A stretch of 59,040 nucleotides of DNA, filler included, from Sphacelaria rigidula (lineage: Eukaryota), in assembly GCA_964200075.2 (NCBI GenBank). It is 4 parts of 4 records of this genome, joined end to end, with 100 filler letters (N's around TTAATTAATTAA, not from the genome) between each part and the next. Parts side by side here need not be neighbours in the genome. Positions count along the whole stretch, not along the records: positions 29,578 to 44,259 come from CAXNAA020002098.1; positions 44,360 to 59,040 come from CAXNAA020002099.1; 2 more parts are not named here. The stretch is one strand, 5' to 3'. The notes under the pieces are model-generated. The model worked only from the letters and a program-made list of their open reading frames with translations. It ran no database searches and had not been told where the DNA came from. The position numbers and the translations under genes were made by a program. Numbering within the stretch: position 1 is the stretch's first letter; each line of letters opens with the position of its first letter. Below are positions 35,426 through 48,185 of this stretch, piece by piece.

Positions 35426-36265
35426 TCACCTTGCCTCTGCCTGGAGAGAGGTTTGGAGAACAGGCTGCAGCAGCGGAAGCGGTCATCATGTATGTAATAA
35501 ACACAAGCACTTGTCCAACAGAGAACTCTTGCAGTAATGAGACAACGCATGAGCTAATGCGTCCGTGTTGTTTTTGTTGGCATGACGGCACCTCACAGCC
35601 AACTCGAACAGAGTTGGTACTGCCTATTTCAGCTGCAGTTGCTCAACTCTTGATCGGTTTTCATTGCAGATTTTCAAACACGGTTGAAGGTGCTATTTTC
35701 CTGGCGTACTGCGTCACGTACAGACTCACTTGCGGTTGGGGAGTTGTGAAGCCGTCAACACGATGGGGCTGGTGACTTTGTCATAAAGAGGGAGTTAGCT
35801 AATGCAGTGGCTGGGGTCTATCAGTATGAGTGCCGGGAGATACCATGGTGTCAGCCTCACCAAGCTCCCACGTGGGCAAACTCATACAGACCTAGCTATC
35901 CTCCCTTGACTTATCACCTTGCCTCTGCCTGGAGAGAGGTTTGGAGAACACGCTGCAGCAGCGGAAGCGGTCATCATGTAATAAACACAAGCACTTGTCC
36001 AACAGAGAACTCTTCTTGCAGTAATGAGACAACGCATGAGCTAATGTGTCCGTGTTGTTTTTGTTGGCATGACGGCACCTCACAGCCAACTCGAACAGAG
36101 TTGGTACTGCCTATTTCAGCTGCAGTTGCTCAACTCTTGATCGGGTTTCATTGCAGATTTTCAAACACGGTTGAAAGTGCTATTTTCCTGACGTACTGCG
36201 TCACGCACAGACTCACTTGCGGTTGGGGAGTTGTGAAGTCGTCAACACGATGGGGCTGGTGACTT
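35426..36265. repeat. Direct repeats of ~352 bp (35426-35778, 35914-36265) around a 135-bp fold-back spacer
   Basis: Near-identical copies with a few substitutions and two small indels. The spacer and the repeat ends form a long imperfect hairpin at 35771-35918. Confidence 0.9.
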
Positions 36266-36504
36266 GTATCATTTGCTTGCTTGATGTTGGCTTGCTGGGT
36301 AGCTTTTGTAAGCAGCAAGGGGTGCGTATGAAATCACGTACTGAAATATTTCACCCATACTTTGAGAATGGAATACGACATGCTGTACGTGACATACGTA
36401 CTCCGAAATGCCTGTTACATATACGGCGGATACCGCCCCCATCAGTTATTCGCCCCCCCCCCCCCTGGTCATGGCCGTGTCTTATCACATCACCTTTCGA
36501 TTGA

Positions 36505-36650
36505 AGAAGTGCGGAGAACAAAATCTCCGATCTGATAGGTCGTGAATTCAACCATCTTCTATATAAATTACGATGGTTGAAATCACGACGTATCAGATCG
36601 GAGTTTTTCTTTTCCACTGCACGATTTCGATGAAAAAATAATGTGCTAAA
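36505..36650. mobile_element. Palindromic fold-back MITE-like repeat, copy 2
   Basis: CCGATCTGATAGGTCGTGAATTCAACCATC / GATGGTTGAAATCACGACGTATCAGATCGG hairpin, homologous to 22481-22652. Confidence 0.75.
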
Positions 36651-37935
36651 ACACGCCTGTAAGTCCTGATCACTCACCCTGAAGGTATAATAACGCAGAA
36701 CAATATTCATTGTGATGACAAGAAAAGAAAATTTATCACAACATCAGATAGTCAAAAACTGAAATTGAAACCCTGTACGACTACCCGTCGGGAAAGGACC
36801 CTTTTCACCCTCGCATAGGCCTTGCAAACTCACCTAATTTATTAATCGAAAATGCAGATCCTGAGTCCCCTCTTCAGCACTTCACAGCGCACTACTGTTT
36901 TGCTTAGATGGTTTTTTGCATTAGGCAATACACTGAAAGAAGACTTGAACTATGGCTGACGATGTTGGCTGGTAACCACCAACCCAGTCTCCGTTGAAAA
37001 TGATGCAAAACAAACACAACAATCAAACACGCAGTAGATGTGCACTCAGCATACTCGATACCCATCCCCATTAATATCGTTCCGACGTACCGTCTATACC
37101 GTAAGGTTGACATCAGGCGATAGTCTACCGTCATCACATACAAATATAACTATGCGGCATGCCTACCTCCAGCCTCCACAAACTATTTCCATCTGTGATT
37201 ATCCTGCCTTACACACAAAATGTATCCTGATCGTGTGCATAGAAAATAGACACTGCAAAATGGAACTTGCGGCAGTAGTATCGTGCTACTTCTCCAGATA
37301 GAAATTGAATACGACGTTGTCAACTATAATGCCAGAGATATTGAACACAGGAATGCACGGTATTCTTACCTCCGGTAACACGAAACGCCATGGTGACTTC
37401 CAACGCCCTGCCGGCGTCACGAAAAAAGCAGGTACGCATTCATCTCCATACATCATCATCAGCTACCCTGCTGTTACCGACCGTGTATGAGCCGCCTTAC
37501 TCGTATAATAGTTGACATCGGTGAACATCTGCAAGCTTGACCCGTACATGCTATCTCTACGGGGGAAACGTCCAAGCGAACTCGTTCGCTTCACACATCC
37601 CAAAATACATGGTGCAGACATTGAATAGAATTAGGTGAAGCGTAGTACCTCGCTACGGCACGTTATGTGTACACTCTACAGAGAAGCAATTCAAAACATT
37701 AAAAAAGAACTCTGTTGATCACTCGAGAAAATTTAGGCAAAGTTAGTGGCTGATGATTCCATTCCTTTCGCATTACCAATATCAAATGCAAAACTCATTC
37801 GTCGCTCTGCCCACAAGAACCTCTCCAAATAGGTACGGACCATCATCAAACTCCTCAATTGATTTTCCTCTGCATGAAAATATAGTCAAGCACACCATAG
37901 TACGAGTATCTGTTATGGTATTTGGAGGTCAATGG

Positions 37936-38262
37936 TGTCAGCATTAAACGCTGTGTAGTACCCTGAACGTGTCGCAGGGGCAGGCGCCACAGCTGCAAAG
38001 CTGATCTGAAGAAGGATGTAAACACAAAGTACGCAGCTTGCATTGATAGTTCCCGAAAACGTGGAGAGAAGAGTAAACAAGAAGGTGACCATCTACATAT
38101 CTACAGTACCATCACTCTGACAGTTACAACAAGTTGAACCGTAACCAATCACACCAACTGTTCTGTGTCTAACAGTCCGAATGACAGGCTGCAACTATGA
38201 CAACGCCTTAATGCTCTTAAACGTTGACTACTAAATGAATAGACATATATGATTTCTTGACA
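37936..38262 (-). repeat. Copia 3' LTR
   Basis: TGTCA...TGACA termini. About 12 substitutions (counted by eye) plus a (TA)n length difference versus 42248-42584. Confidence 0.95.
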
Positions 38263-38721
38263 TTCCCCCTCAACGGAAATAGCATCTTCAAAATATCATA
38301 CTCTATCACGATCATCTTCAATTAATAACATCAGTATAATGTTAAAACGTTCACGAGCAGTATACTCACATTGAACACACCAAACCGTGACTAACTAATC
38401 CCGAAGAAGCTACAGGCAGCAAATAAATACATTCAAACTTAAAACTAGTATCATTACTGCTACGATGAGCTATTCATTCCTTGTTTGAACTAATAACACT
38501 ACTGCTACGGTAAGTTATCTCCTCCGTGTCAGTCGTGCTTTCGTCGTCGTCGTTGTCTTCTTGATTGCTTGAACAGTCACATCGGTGTTGGTCCAGTCAG
38601 AACCTGAGTAATTTTCTTTTAACAAATAAGACGCAAAAGTTACACAGAAAGAAGACACAGAGGGCAAGACACGGAAGGCATGCTCCTCCGCCCAAACTGG
38701 CTCCCCCTCCCAAGCCTTCTC

Positions 38722-41716
38722 TTAGTTGTTGAAGTTCCTGATGAGATTCATAAGGTAACGGAACCTCTGAGTTGAAAAGAACTTTGTTTCAATGTCAGCT
38801 GTTTTATTCTCTGTTTCAATGTAGTAAACTGTGATCTTCCCAGACTCCACCAATTCCCTCATGCAGAAAAAACACAAAGCGTATCTTTCGTCCTTCCGCT
38901 GGAAATACGGTTGGCAATCACTTGAAGAGTTGCTGTGTTGTCTAGGTAGATAGGGAGCAATGCTACGGTAGGGGTACACTTTCTTCGCGAAAAATTGTCT
39001 AGTTTAGGAGCTCCTAACGGTTCTAGATGCAGAAGAATATGGATCAGGGCATCCCTGTTTGCAGATTCATTCGGGATATCCCCAGCACACTGGAGTAGTA
39101 ATCCTGGCATACTTTTGAATATTTTCATAAGTGGTGTTTTGCATGAGATCAAGGGCTCCTAACAATTCTAACCTCAGAAAATATTTGTGCACCCCTGCCG
39201 TAGCATCAGTGTAGGTGCAGTGTTAAACGATTACCCACATCCCATCTCAATAATCATACTCGAGCAATAGACCGCCTCCTTGATGGCAAGTGCCCCGGCA
39301 ATCAGTTCCGCTTCCATCGTTGATTGTGCAGTAAGTCCCTGTAGCCCGACTTCAGAGCTATCCTGGGCTTTCGCCAGCATGATGATGTGTGATGACGTGG
39401 ATTTGGAGCTGTCGGGATTGTTCCCCGAGTAGGCGTCTAAAAATACCGTCAAGTGGAATCCGCCCTTCTTGTATCATATGCTGTGGTCGATCGATCCAGC
39501 CAAATATCGCAGGAGGTGTTTTGGTGCAGTCATGTGTGGAATTCCGGGCGCAGCCATGGCTCGAGCTAGCTGGTTAACAGCGTACTGAATATCATAGCGA
39601 ATTACTTGTGCCAGATACATGACTGATCCAACAATGGATTGATATCGTTTTGCGTCCTCCTCGTTTAGCAGCTTTTCCACCGGTTGTTTGATAGAAACTT
39701 CGGGACCAGTTCCAGGTGTGGTCGCAGGGTTGCACTTATCCATACCGAATCGTTGTAGAATACCCTTGGTGTACGCTGCTTGATTCATGGTGAGGTGTCC
39801 AAGAGCCCTGTCCCGGGTGACCTGCATCCCGAGAACTAAGGATACGTTACCCAAATCGGTCATTTTATACTTGGCCATTATTTTTCGTTTGAGCATTTAT
39901 CTAAACTCGTTTTGTCCTTTCCAGCGATTAATAGGTCATCTACATACAGTGTGAGAATAGCAGAGATATTTTCTTGCTTTTCCGTTTCCGAACCCGTCAA
40001 TTCATCCAAGTGCTTCGGAATGTATATATATATATATATACACGGGTCGGACTTGAGAGCCACAAGACCAATCTGCCTCAGGTATTTGTCCATAGTAACC
40101 CACCAGTTTTGAGGCGACTGCCGGAGTCCATAGAAAGAACGACGAAGCTTCATGACGAGAGGAAAACCCGTCGCAGGGTCCTTCGGCTCGACACCAGATG
40201 GTAGTCGCACGTACATTTCCTCTTCCAGCGGTGCATTCAGGAATGCCGTTTGAACGTCGGGTTGAATGACGTCCAAGTCCAATGCAGCTGCAACTGCTAA
40301 TGTTATGCGAATGCTTTGTATGCGGCACACCGGTGAGTCAATCTTTCCACAGTCGCGTCCGACCCCCTGTCCCCAGCCCTGTCCAACTACTCGAGCGTTG
40401 GAAGTGTTGTCAGATTTGATCTTGTGAACCCATTATTTGGAGCCGATGCTTTTCAGGCCAGCCGGTATTTTGTGTTGCGAAATTAGGTCGTAAACCCGGT
40501 TAATTCAAAGGCTGTCCATCTCCTTGGTTATCGTAGCTGTCCATTTCTCTGCTTGAGGAACTTTCATTGCTTCCTTGTACGTGGAAGGTACGATGACAGT
40601 ACTCTGCCCATCCGGAATCTGGAGGTACGTGTTGCTGACAGTGTACATGTATTCGACTCAAGAGTTCATCTGGTAGTTTATGAGCTACATCAGGTATCAC
40701 TGCGTCCATGTAAAAAGATTCGTTAAACTCGTGTACTACGTCAGTCTCCACAGCAGTCGCATAGAATATCTGAGCGGAGTAGGCTAGTCGTCTCAACTCG
40801 TTGCGAGCCTGGTCTGACAATTCACTAGTTTGAGGGTCTGGAGCCTGTACGGGTTGGGAATGTGAGCGCGTGCGTGTGCTCACACCAGACGTAGGTCCTG
40901 CTCCGTTATCTGCAGAATTAACATGAGGACCACAGTCAGCACCAGCACCAGTACTAGTAGAGGTGGAACCACCAGTGGACATGGCCTTTGAAAACTTGTG
41001 TAATTGCTCGTCAGTTTTGCGTTGTGAGCGGTCCACAGGGGCGTAAACGTTGCTGGTCGGAGACGCACGCAGGTCGGGAGCAGAGGTGTGCTGCCTAATA
41101 TCGTCGAGGAGGTCGGTCTCGGAGTTGTAGCCAGATCCTCCCTCCCACGCCGAGTCTGTGCCGAAGTCGATATTTGTAGATTCGCTCATCACCTGCGGTG
41201 CATGTACTGCTGGGATTTCGATGAACACAACATTCCTGCTTTCAACTATTCTCCTTCTTTGGGGGTCCCATAGTCTCCAACCTTTGCTGTTGAAGGCATA
41301 ACCTACCATGCCGGCCTCGAATGCCTTAACCGCAACCTTCTTGGTGTGTACTTCAATATGTACAAAAGCACGGGCACCAATCACACGAAGACGCGACAAC
41401 TCCAGCTCAACCCCGTTGAGACGTTTAAACAGGGACTCCATGTTCAGCGCAGAGTGCGAAACACGATTAGTCAGGCATGCAGCCGTGTAGGCCAATTCAC
41501 CCTAACCCTAAAAGATGGAACCCCGCTGTCCACCAGCATGCATCGAATCATAGCAGCCAGCGTCCCTCCATCGCGTTCGGAAATCCCAATCTGCTGAGGC
41601 GTGTTGGCCGCAGCAAACTCGATGCGAACTCCAGAGTTCGAACAGTATGTGTGAAGCTCGTTTCCTCTGTACCCCCCTCCTTTGTCAGCACGGGGTCGCT
41701 TAACGAGGGCTCCACG
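38722..41716 (-). pseudogene. pol: Copia pol remnant: integrase core, reverse transcriptase, RNase H
   Basis: INT: RADKGG, TPQQIGISER, IVESRNVVF. RT: DVQTAFLNA, FYGLRQSP, LYVDDLL, YQSIVGSVMYL. RNase H: AQSTMEAE, YLDNTA. Frameshifts, stops and an insertion are present. Confidence 0.95.
38961..39205. mobile_element. MITE inserted in the Copia RNase H
   Basis: 19-bp TIRs TGCTACGGTAGGGGTACAC / GTGCACCCCTGCCGTAGCA. It interrupts the RNase H frame between EMGCG and PIYLDN. Confidence 0.8.
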
Positions 41717-42247
41717 CAGAATCAACATGAGGACCACAGTCAGTATCAGCACCAGTATTAGTAGAGGTGGAACCACCAGTGGACAAGGTCTTTGAAAACT
41801 TGTGTAATTGCTCGTCAGCTGTACGTTGTGAGCGGTCCACAGGGGCGTAAACGTTGCTGGTCGGAGACGCACGCAGGTCGGAAGTAGAGGTGTGCTGTCT
41901 AATATCGTCGAGGAAGTCGGTCTCGGAGTTGTAGCCAGATCCTCCCCCCCACGCATCAACGTGGTGTTCGACCCGGCGAATGCACGCTTGGAAGTCGCGT
42001 CTTTCCAACTACCCCTGGAACAGTCACTCCATGACCATGGTCTATACACATTCATCATACGCGTGGACCGTGCGGCCGGCGCGGGTACAGGAAAGCAGGT
42101 GGCTTCAGCCGAAGGTGACTCAACTCACGTGGATATCCCGATACAAGCGCCCGATATGCGTTGATCCTAATCCAAGCGCCTCAGAGGGGATTGAGAAAGT
42201 CTTCCCGGAAACTCTCAAAGATACTCGAAAACACGGGGCTCATAATC

Positions 42248-42584
42248 TGTCAGAATTAAACGCTGTGTAGTACCCTGAACGTGTCGCAGGGGCAGGCGCC
42301 ACAGCTGCTAAGCTGATTTGAAGAAGGATGTAAACACAAAGTACGCAGCTTGCATTGATAGTTCCCGAAAACGTGGAGAGAAGAGTAAACAAGAAGGTGA
42401 ACATCTGCATATCTACAGTACCATCACTCTGTCAGTTACAACAAGTTGAACCGTAACCAATCACACCAACTGTTCTGTGTCTAACAGTCCGAATGACAGG
42501 CTGCAACTATGACAACGCTTTAATGCTCTCAAACTTTGACTACTAAATGAATAGACATATATATATATATATCATTTCTTGATG
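42248..42584 (-). repeat. Copia 5' LTR
   Basis: Direct repeat of 37936-38262. The terminal CA on the plus strand reads TG. Confidence 0.93.
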
Positions 42585-42610
42585 AAGGGTTTGGATGAAA
42601 CACCATATTA

Positions 42611-42681
42611 TGTAATGCGTGAGAGGACCGCGTGCTTAGAGCACCGCATCGGAATTTGAACATCCCCATGGTTAGGGTTAG
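42611..42681. mobile_element. Telomere-repeat MITE, truncated left part
   Basis: TGTAATGCGTGAGAGGACCGCGTGCTTAGAG...GGTTAGGGTTAG, after which similarity ends. Confidence 0.75.
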
Positions 42682-43276
42682 TAGTCATGGTCCTATTCCG
42701 TCTGCCTACAGTGCACGAGTTTCATTTGAGCGTTGGATAGGAAAGGGGCCATGTTGTGCATGATCTACGCTGGTGATGGGGCTCTAATGACACGGTTTCA
42801 CGGAGTATCACTTGTTGCTCGGCAGCTTGGTGGAGGTCAATCTAGCAGTCAGGAGCTGCTGCGGATCTTTTGTGTTAGTTGTTTTGGATATGTTTGTTAA
42901 GGATAGACTCTGGCATAGACTATCGAGGCAATGCTCACTGACACAGCGCAGGTAGCAAGTATGTGCCGTTCGGTGTTCATGAGGATCAACCGGTGTAGGT
43001 TGAAACGTCGAATATTGGAACTTTCTAGAATACGTATAAAACAAGTACAGTACACTGTGGATCGATCTGAGTAACGGTCCAGTACGATCGAGAAAGAAAA
43101 AGAAAGTGTGGTCAAAAGGTCGGGTAGTAATCAACTATTCAAACAAGTTCCTCTTTGATATTTTGGAGGGGAAGGAATGCCCTGCGCCAGCAGAAGGGCA
43201 GCTGCTGGCCAACACTGCAGGAACGCCTCCACCGATCGCGCGAACCAGTGAAAAATAGCAGCGCTGTAATCAAGAC

Positions 43277-43990
43277 CTGCTTCCCATTTTGTACCTCGCC
43301 ACCACCGGGTCAGCGAACATCCTTGTGCGACAGTACGAGGGCCGGAGGCAGGAGGAAGGACTCGGCAATGGGATTGCTGCCTGGAAAGCCCTTGCCGGCA
43401 AATATGACAGCTACACGAAAGAGACGCGACGAGCATGCTACGAGGAGCTGTGCAATACAAAGATGCAGCATGGACAGGATCCGGAGGACTTCGTTTACAA
43501 AATGGACGACCTTTGGGCCCGGCTGCATGACATGGGAGAGGTGATCTCTGACGAGCGTTACGAGGACATCATTCTGCACTCCATCACGAACGACTACGAC
43601 TCTGTACGACAGACCAGCTTCCGCGACCGCAACTACGGGTTGGAGGAGATGAAGTCCACCATGCGGAACAAGTTCGTCGACAACCTTTCTCGCGTGTCCA
43701 AAAAATCTGTTGTGGGCCGCGGCGTGGCCATGCAGGCGGCGCACGGCGACCTCCGCAGCATCCAGTGCTTTAACTGCGACAAATACGGATACCGTCGAAA
43801 CGCATGCCCTGAACCTCCGCGACAGAGATCACAGCAGCATCAACAACAGCAGAGGCAAAAGAGAAAGCACTGGAAGAAAGGGGGAGACGGAAATTCCAAG
43901 TGGTGCTCTTTACACAAGACAAAAAGTCACAGCGATGAGCAGTGCTTCAAGCAGAAGCAGCATCAACTTGGCCAACATCAGCAGCGCGCG
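43277..43990 (+). pseudogene. gag: Copia-type gag fragment with zinc knuckle
   Basis: LATTGSA...GNGIAAWKALAGKY, MQHGQDPEDF, and CFNCDKYGYRRNAC (CX2CX4HX4C with H>Y), plus a second WCSLHKTKSHSDEQC motif. No pol or LTR nearby. Confidence 0.85.
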
Positions 43991-44259
43991 AATTGTTCAG
44001 ACAGCAGAACCCGAACGGCCAAGCTTTGTGTTTTCCTTCTCATCTGAGTGATACTACGGTAGGGTTGCACTTTTCGAGCGAAACTGTTTCTCGGGGTGTT
44101 GCACAGATCGTTTTGAGAATCGGCATCAATTTCACTTGAAAAAGACTGAAAATTATGCCGATTCACGAAAAGGCCCCTATGTGCATCTCCATGTCCTGTC
44201 CCCGGAGATTTGGGTTGCACAGTAAGCCCCATATATTTGGGCTCCTACAAGAACGAGAC

Positions 44260-44359
44260 NNNNNNNNNNNNNNNNNNNNNNNNNNNNNNNNNNNNNNNNN
44301 NNNTTAATTAATTAANNNNNNNNNNNNNNNNNNNNNNNNNNNNNNNNNNNNNNNNNNNN
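44260..44359. other. Artificial contig spacer
   Basis: 44 N + TTAATTAATTAA + 44 N. Confidence 0.97.
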
Positions 44360-44515
44360 TCAATGGTCTTATGACTATGGCATGCATGATCATGAGTACA
44401 CCCCCCCCTCGCCAAAACAAAGTGCTGACTCGATTCATGAAAAGGCCCAGACCCTACAGGTTTCATACACGACGATCCATCGGCCAATGAATAATCAAAT
44501 GCGCACTTTTCTACA

Positions 44516-44657
44516 TCAAGACATCTTGGACGCAAGCTTCCTGTTGAGAAGGCTCTTCAGTCCGGTCAGCAATGCGTAAAGTAGCACACCCATGGGTCCC
44601 GCCATCAACACGAATAGGAGGACAACTCCCATCAGCAGTTGGTTCAGCTCGCCACAA
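44516..44657 (-). CDS. ABA4: ABA4-like (DUF4281) membrane protein, last exon
   Basis: GACAG| acceptor, phase 2. Encodes CGELNQLLMGVVLLFVLMAGPMGVLLYALLTGLKSLLNRKLASKMS*, matching the family C-terminal M-x-GP-x-G-x-LLY motif. Confidence 0.85.
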
Positions 44658-47449
44658 CTGTCATCAAGCAACGACAAACAACGCGAATGCAGGCAGACCG
44701 GTGGTTGTGATGTTACCATCCATGCCCGCGAAGGGGGATAGGGTATCGCATGCTGTAACATTTCGCGTAACGTGTGCGAGAGGGGTGACAATAGTGGTGA
44801 CAGTTGAAATCCTCGTTTTGTATAGGGTGGTTCAACCTCACCACCCGAAATACATGAATCGGCGAAAATTCATGCCGTTTTTTTTAGTTACCTCTGGAAA
44901 ATTGCCACACGTACTTCGGGCCATCACAAAATTTCGATCGACGAAGTTGTTAATCTTGTTTCTTCACCGGTTCCCTGGGGTCCCAGGGTCTCAGGGGGTC
45001 CTTTGCTTCCTGAGTCTCCCCGAAGCGGTGAAAATAAAACAAGTGTAAAAACACTCATCCGTCGAAAGGGCATCATGACCCATGGTACATATGTCCGATT
45101 TTTCAGAGTCCAACTCTAAAAAGCGTCGTGAAGTTTTGCGCCCTTGTGCGACGAGGTTTCCGTGCCCAGCGCGAACTCCAAACTAGTTGGTTTTAATACG
45201 GAAACGTCATTTTTGGGTGTGCTCAGCATTTAACGAGGAAAACCTGCATCAAGTTTTCGAGTTACGCAACGAAGCTTTCACAAACGTTCCTTGGATTACT
45301 CCGGGACGCAAAACCTTAATTTGCTCTCTTGAGGCGTTCTGTACCGGCTTCCGGGAGTCTTCACGTTGGGATCCCCGGGAGCCGGTAAAGGGGGGGGAAA
45401 TATTGAAATATTCCTCTGTACATTCTTGCATTGGGAGCATCCATATCTACCGAACTGCCAAATTTGAGGGCGGTTGGGGATCTTTTACGAGAGATATAGG
45501 GGAAACCGTCAAGAGGCTTTTTGGGTCCTGGGAGCCCTATCATCATTGGAAATCGGACGACGGCAAAACCCCACATCACCGAAATATCACGCTGTTGGGT
45601 ATAATTTGGTCCCGCTGTAACCGTTTTCGTTTCTTATTTTCCGTTAAATTCCCGAGCTCATGGCGGTTACCACGACTTGAAGCATACGGAGATGGGTAGA
45701 AATTAGGTTTGGAATTCGTATTTTCAATTTCGGGACAACTTGAAGGCCTCTGACTGATCTAGGTACCTTTCAGCCCTTAGCGTCACTCCTACGATCTTGA
45801 ACAAAAATCCGGCCATCTTACCCCCTTCAGGTGTCACTGGTGGTCACTATTATACGATGTATGCAACTATTGGGTGGGTCTTGCGTAAGGAATTTGCTGA
45901 TGAGTGAATTGGGTGATGAGCTGCACCAGTCTGCAGAGCACGGCTGAGCGGATATTCGCACGTATTGGCGCTAGCGTTCCAGAGTGAGAGAAAAAACGCA
46001 TTTTAATGACATTGGACGACCCCTTCAAGCACACCTTGCGTTATGCGGTCGACTCGGAGCTCGAACAAAAGAGATGGAGAAAAAACGTCTTAGTTCTTGG
46101 CATTGTACATACCATGTCCTGGCAGTATCGCCGTGAACAACGACAACGACAGCTCGTACTCAAGCTGAACACCCACCATATCCGCATTTGGCGATGTATT
46201 GGGTTCTACAACGGCGTGCTCGTGTGCTTGGTGTAGAGTACGTCGTACAAACGTTGTACGCGTGTGCTTTGTGTGGGGTGCACACGCATTGCCATGCGGT
46301 TACGGCGTTGTGATAGTTCCAACGTGAAACCGTTTTGTATTCCTGTGCAGCCGTAGATGAGAATTCATCTGATTCATCGACAGTGCTTCTTTCAGCGTTA
46401 CCCCCTGAAACGCCTGGGCCCAAAGTTGGACAAAAAAAGGACAGTCTTTTGGAGGGGGGTGGCGAGGGCGGGGTGGAATAACTTTTTCCGGAGGGGAGAA
46501 AAGGCCTACATGTCGTTCCCGCGCATATTATGTGGAGCGTCACAACCTTTCGTGCATGAGGTACAATCAGCAGCGCTCTGCCGTCTCGGACAAGAAAATC
46601 CTCGTGCAAAGAGCAGTTGCGTGTGATCAATAGCAACAGCTGCTGCTGAACAGCTGAGCAGCGTGATGTTCTTCGTGGGGGGTGTCCATCTTGTACACGG
46701 CACGTGCGGATGTGGCTGGGTGGTGACAGCCAGCCGAGCAGGACGAACACAAGTGGGCACACAGACAAGCACCGCGCATGGAACGGCAACGATGAGCTGG
46801 TCCCCCCTCACCAACCCCTGCTGCCAAGTCCCCGCGATAACGGCCGATCCTCCATCGTTGAATGCTTCGACGACAATCGATGGTAGCCTTGCCCTCACAC
46901 TACTGAGCCCGACAGTACTCACAACTGAAGTTTGTGCGGAGGGCAAAAAAAGATGCACCAGCCTCGCTCAACCAGAACGCGCCGGGCTGCCTGTTGGCTG
47001 TAAACGTTTCAAGTTTTGCATCAACTCTGCCCAGCGCCTTCATCATGGGCGTCCATCAACATCTACAAAAATCATCTTTTAACAGGGCTGTGAGCTGACA
47101 AAACCTCGGAGCAGAATCCCAGGGTGTCCAACAGGATGAGATGAAAACCTAACGGTTCTGACTGCTGCTGCGGTTACTGCTCGACGGCTCGACATTTCTG
47201 CCGTGGTGCTCATACGTGACATACATCATGCATCAACACCATCTATACTGTCATAACCGTAGCTCTTCCCAACACAGGCGGTGGCAATTTCTTGGATATG
47301 CTTTTGCCACACGAACGGTAAGATAGTGAGTACTGCAACAAAGAAATCGAGTGGATTCGGATTCCTACATTGAGATCTCCGATCTCCAATGTGTGTGGAT
47401 TGCCACCATGAGTTGCACGCACCCTTTATCCCCCGTTGCGCCTCCCTGC

Positions 47450-48185
47450 TGTAGTGGGGGTGGATGGAGACCGATTTCGGGCACTACATATCTGGCGAAT
47501 GTACATCGACCCATCTCTGCAGAAAAAAAGGCTCGTAATCGAGGCCAGCAAAGGCGTCCGCATCAGATGCCCAGTACGAATGTACCGCGCAGATATCGGA
47601 ACGGTTTTTAATGTGAAGATAACAACAATCATGTGAATCACAAACACAAGCGTCACCTCCAAATATCGACGTCGCTCATATGAAATGTACTATAACAGTA
47701 CATTCTACAACAAACCTGTGACTGACGTTGCTGAACATCTGTACACAGGGTCACAGCAACAGGAGGATAGAAACGACTGCTCGTGTTGTTGTGCCCCTCT
47801 TGTTGCAGTGTGTTGTGATGCCTATCTTCCAACGCGATTTTCTCGGCAACCGAGCAGAGGATTGGACTGCGGTTCGATGCGTGCGCTTCCCATACACCAG
47901 ACCGAGTCACTCGCGGGGCGGATTTTCGTAACGCGTGCCTCAGAGGCCGCAGCACTCTGCAAACCGTTGCACCAAACACAAGATATACTGCAAAACGCGT
48001 TTCCATTGAAGTATTTGGGCTTTTCGCGTCCGCTGTGGCGAATTGAGCAAATCCGCCGCGCGAGTGACCAGGTCTAGTGTGTGTGCGGGGGGCTGAGAAG
48101 TGCCACACGTTGTTGTGCTTCCTGTCTTGAGAACGACGCGATGAAAAATATTACATCTGTCGCATACTAAACCTTGGTGAATTGG
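47450..48185. repeat. Dispersed repeat, copy 1 (intronic)
   Basis: Collinear with 58320-58975 (e.g. CAGTACATTCTACAACAA, AGCAGAGGATTGGACTGCGGTT, CCGCTGTGGCGAATTGAGCAAATCCGCCG). Confidence 0.85.

Larger units (their letters stand above)
37936..42584 (-). mobile_element. Ty1/Copia LTR retrotransposon, internally deleted and rearranged
   Basis: Two ~330-bp LTRs. Minus-strand PBS GATTATGAGCCCCG next to the 5' LTR and PPT GAGGGGGAA next to the 3' LTR. Order INT-RT-RNaseH. Candidate TSD AATGG/AAGGG. Confidence 0.95.

Noticed and set aside
35426-36265. Canonical hammerhead retrozyme or TRIM call for the direct repeats
   Set aside because: No CUGANGA/GAAA core, TG..CA ends, boundary PBS or TSD was found. 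Kept only as an open hypothesis.
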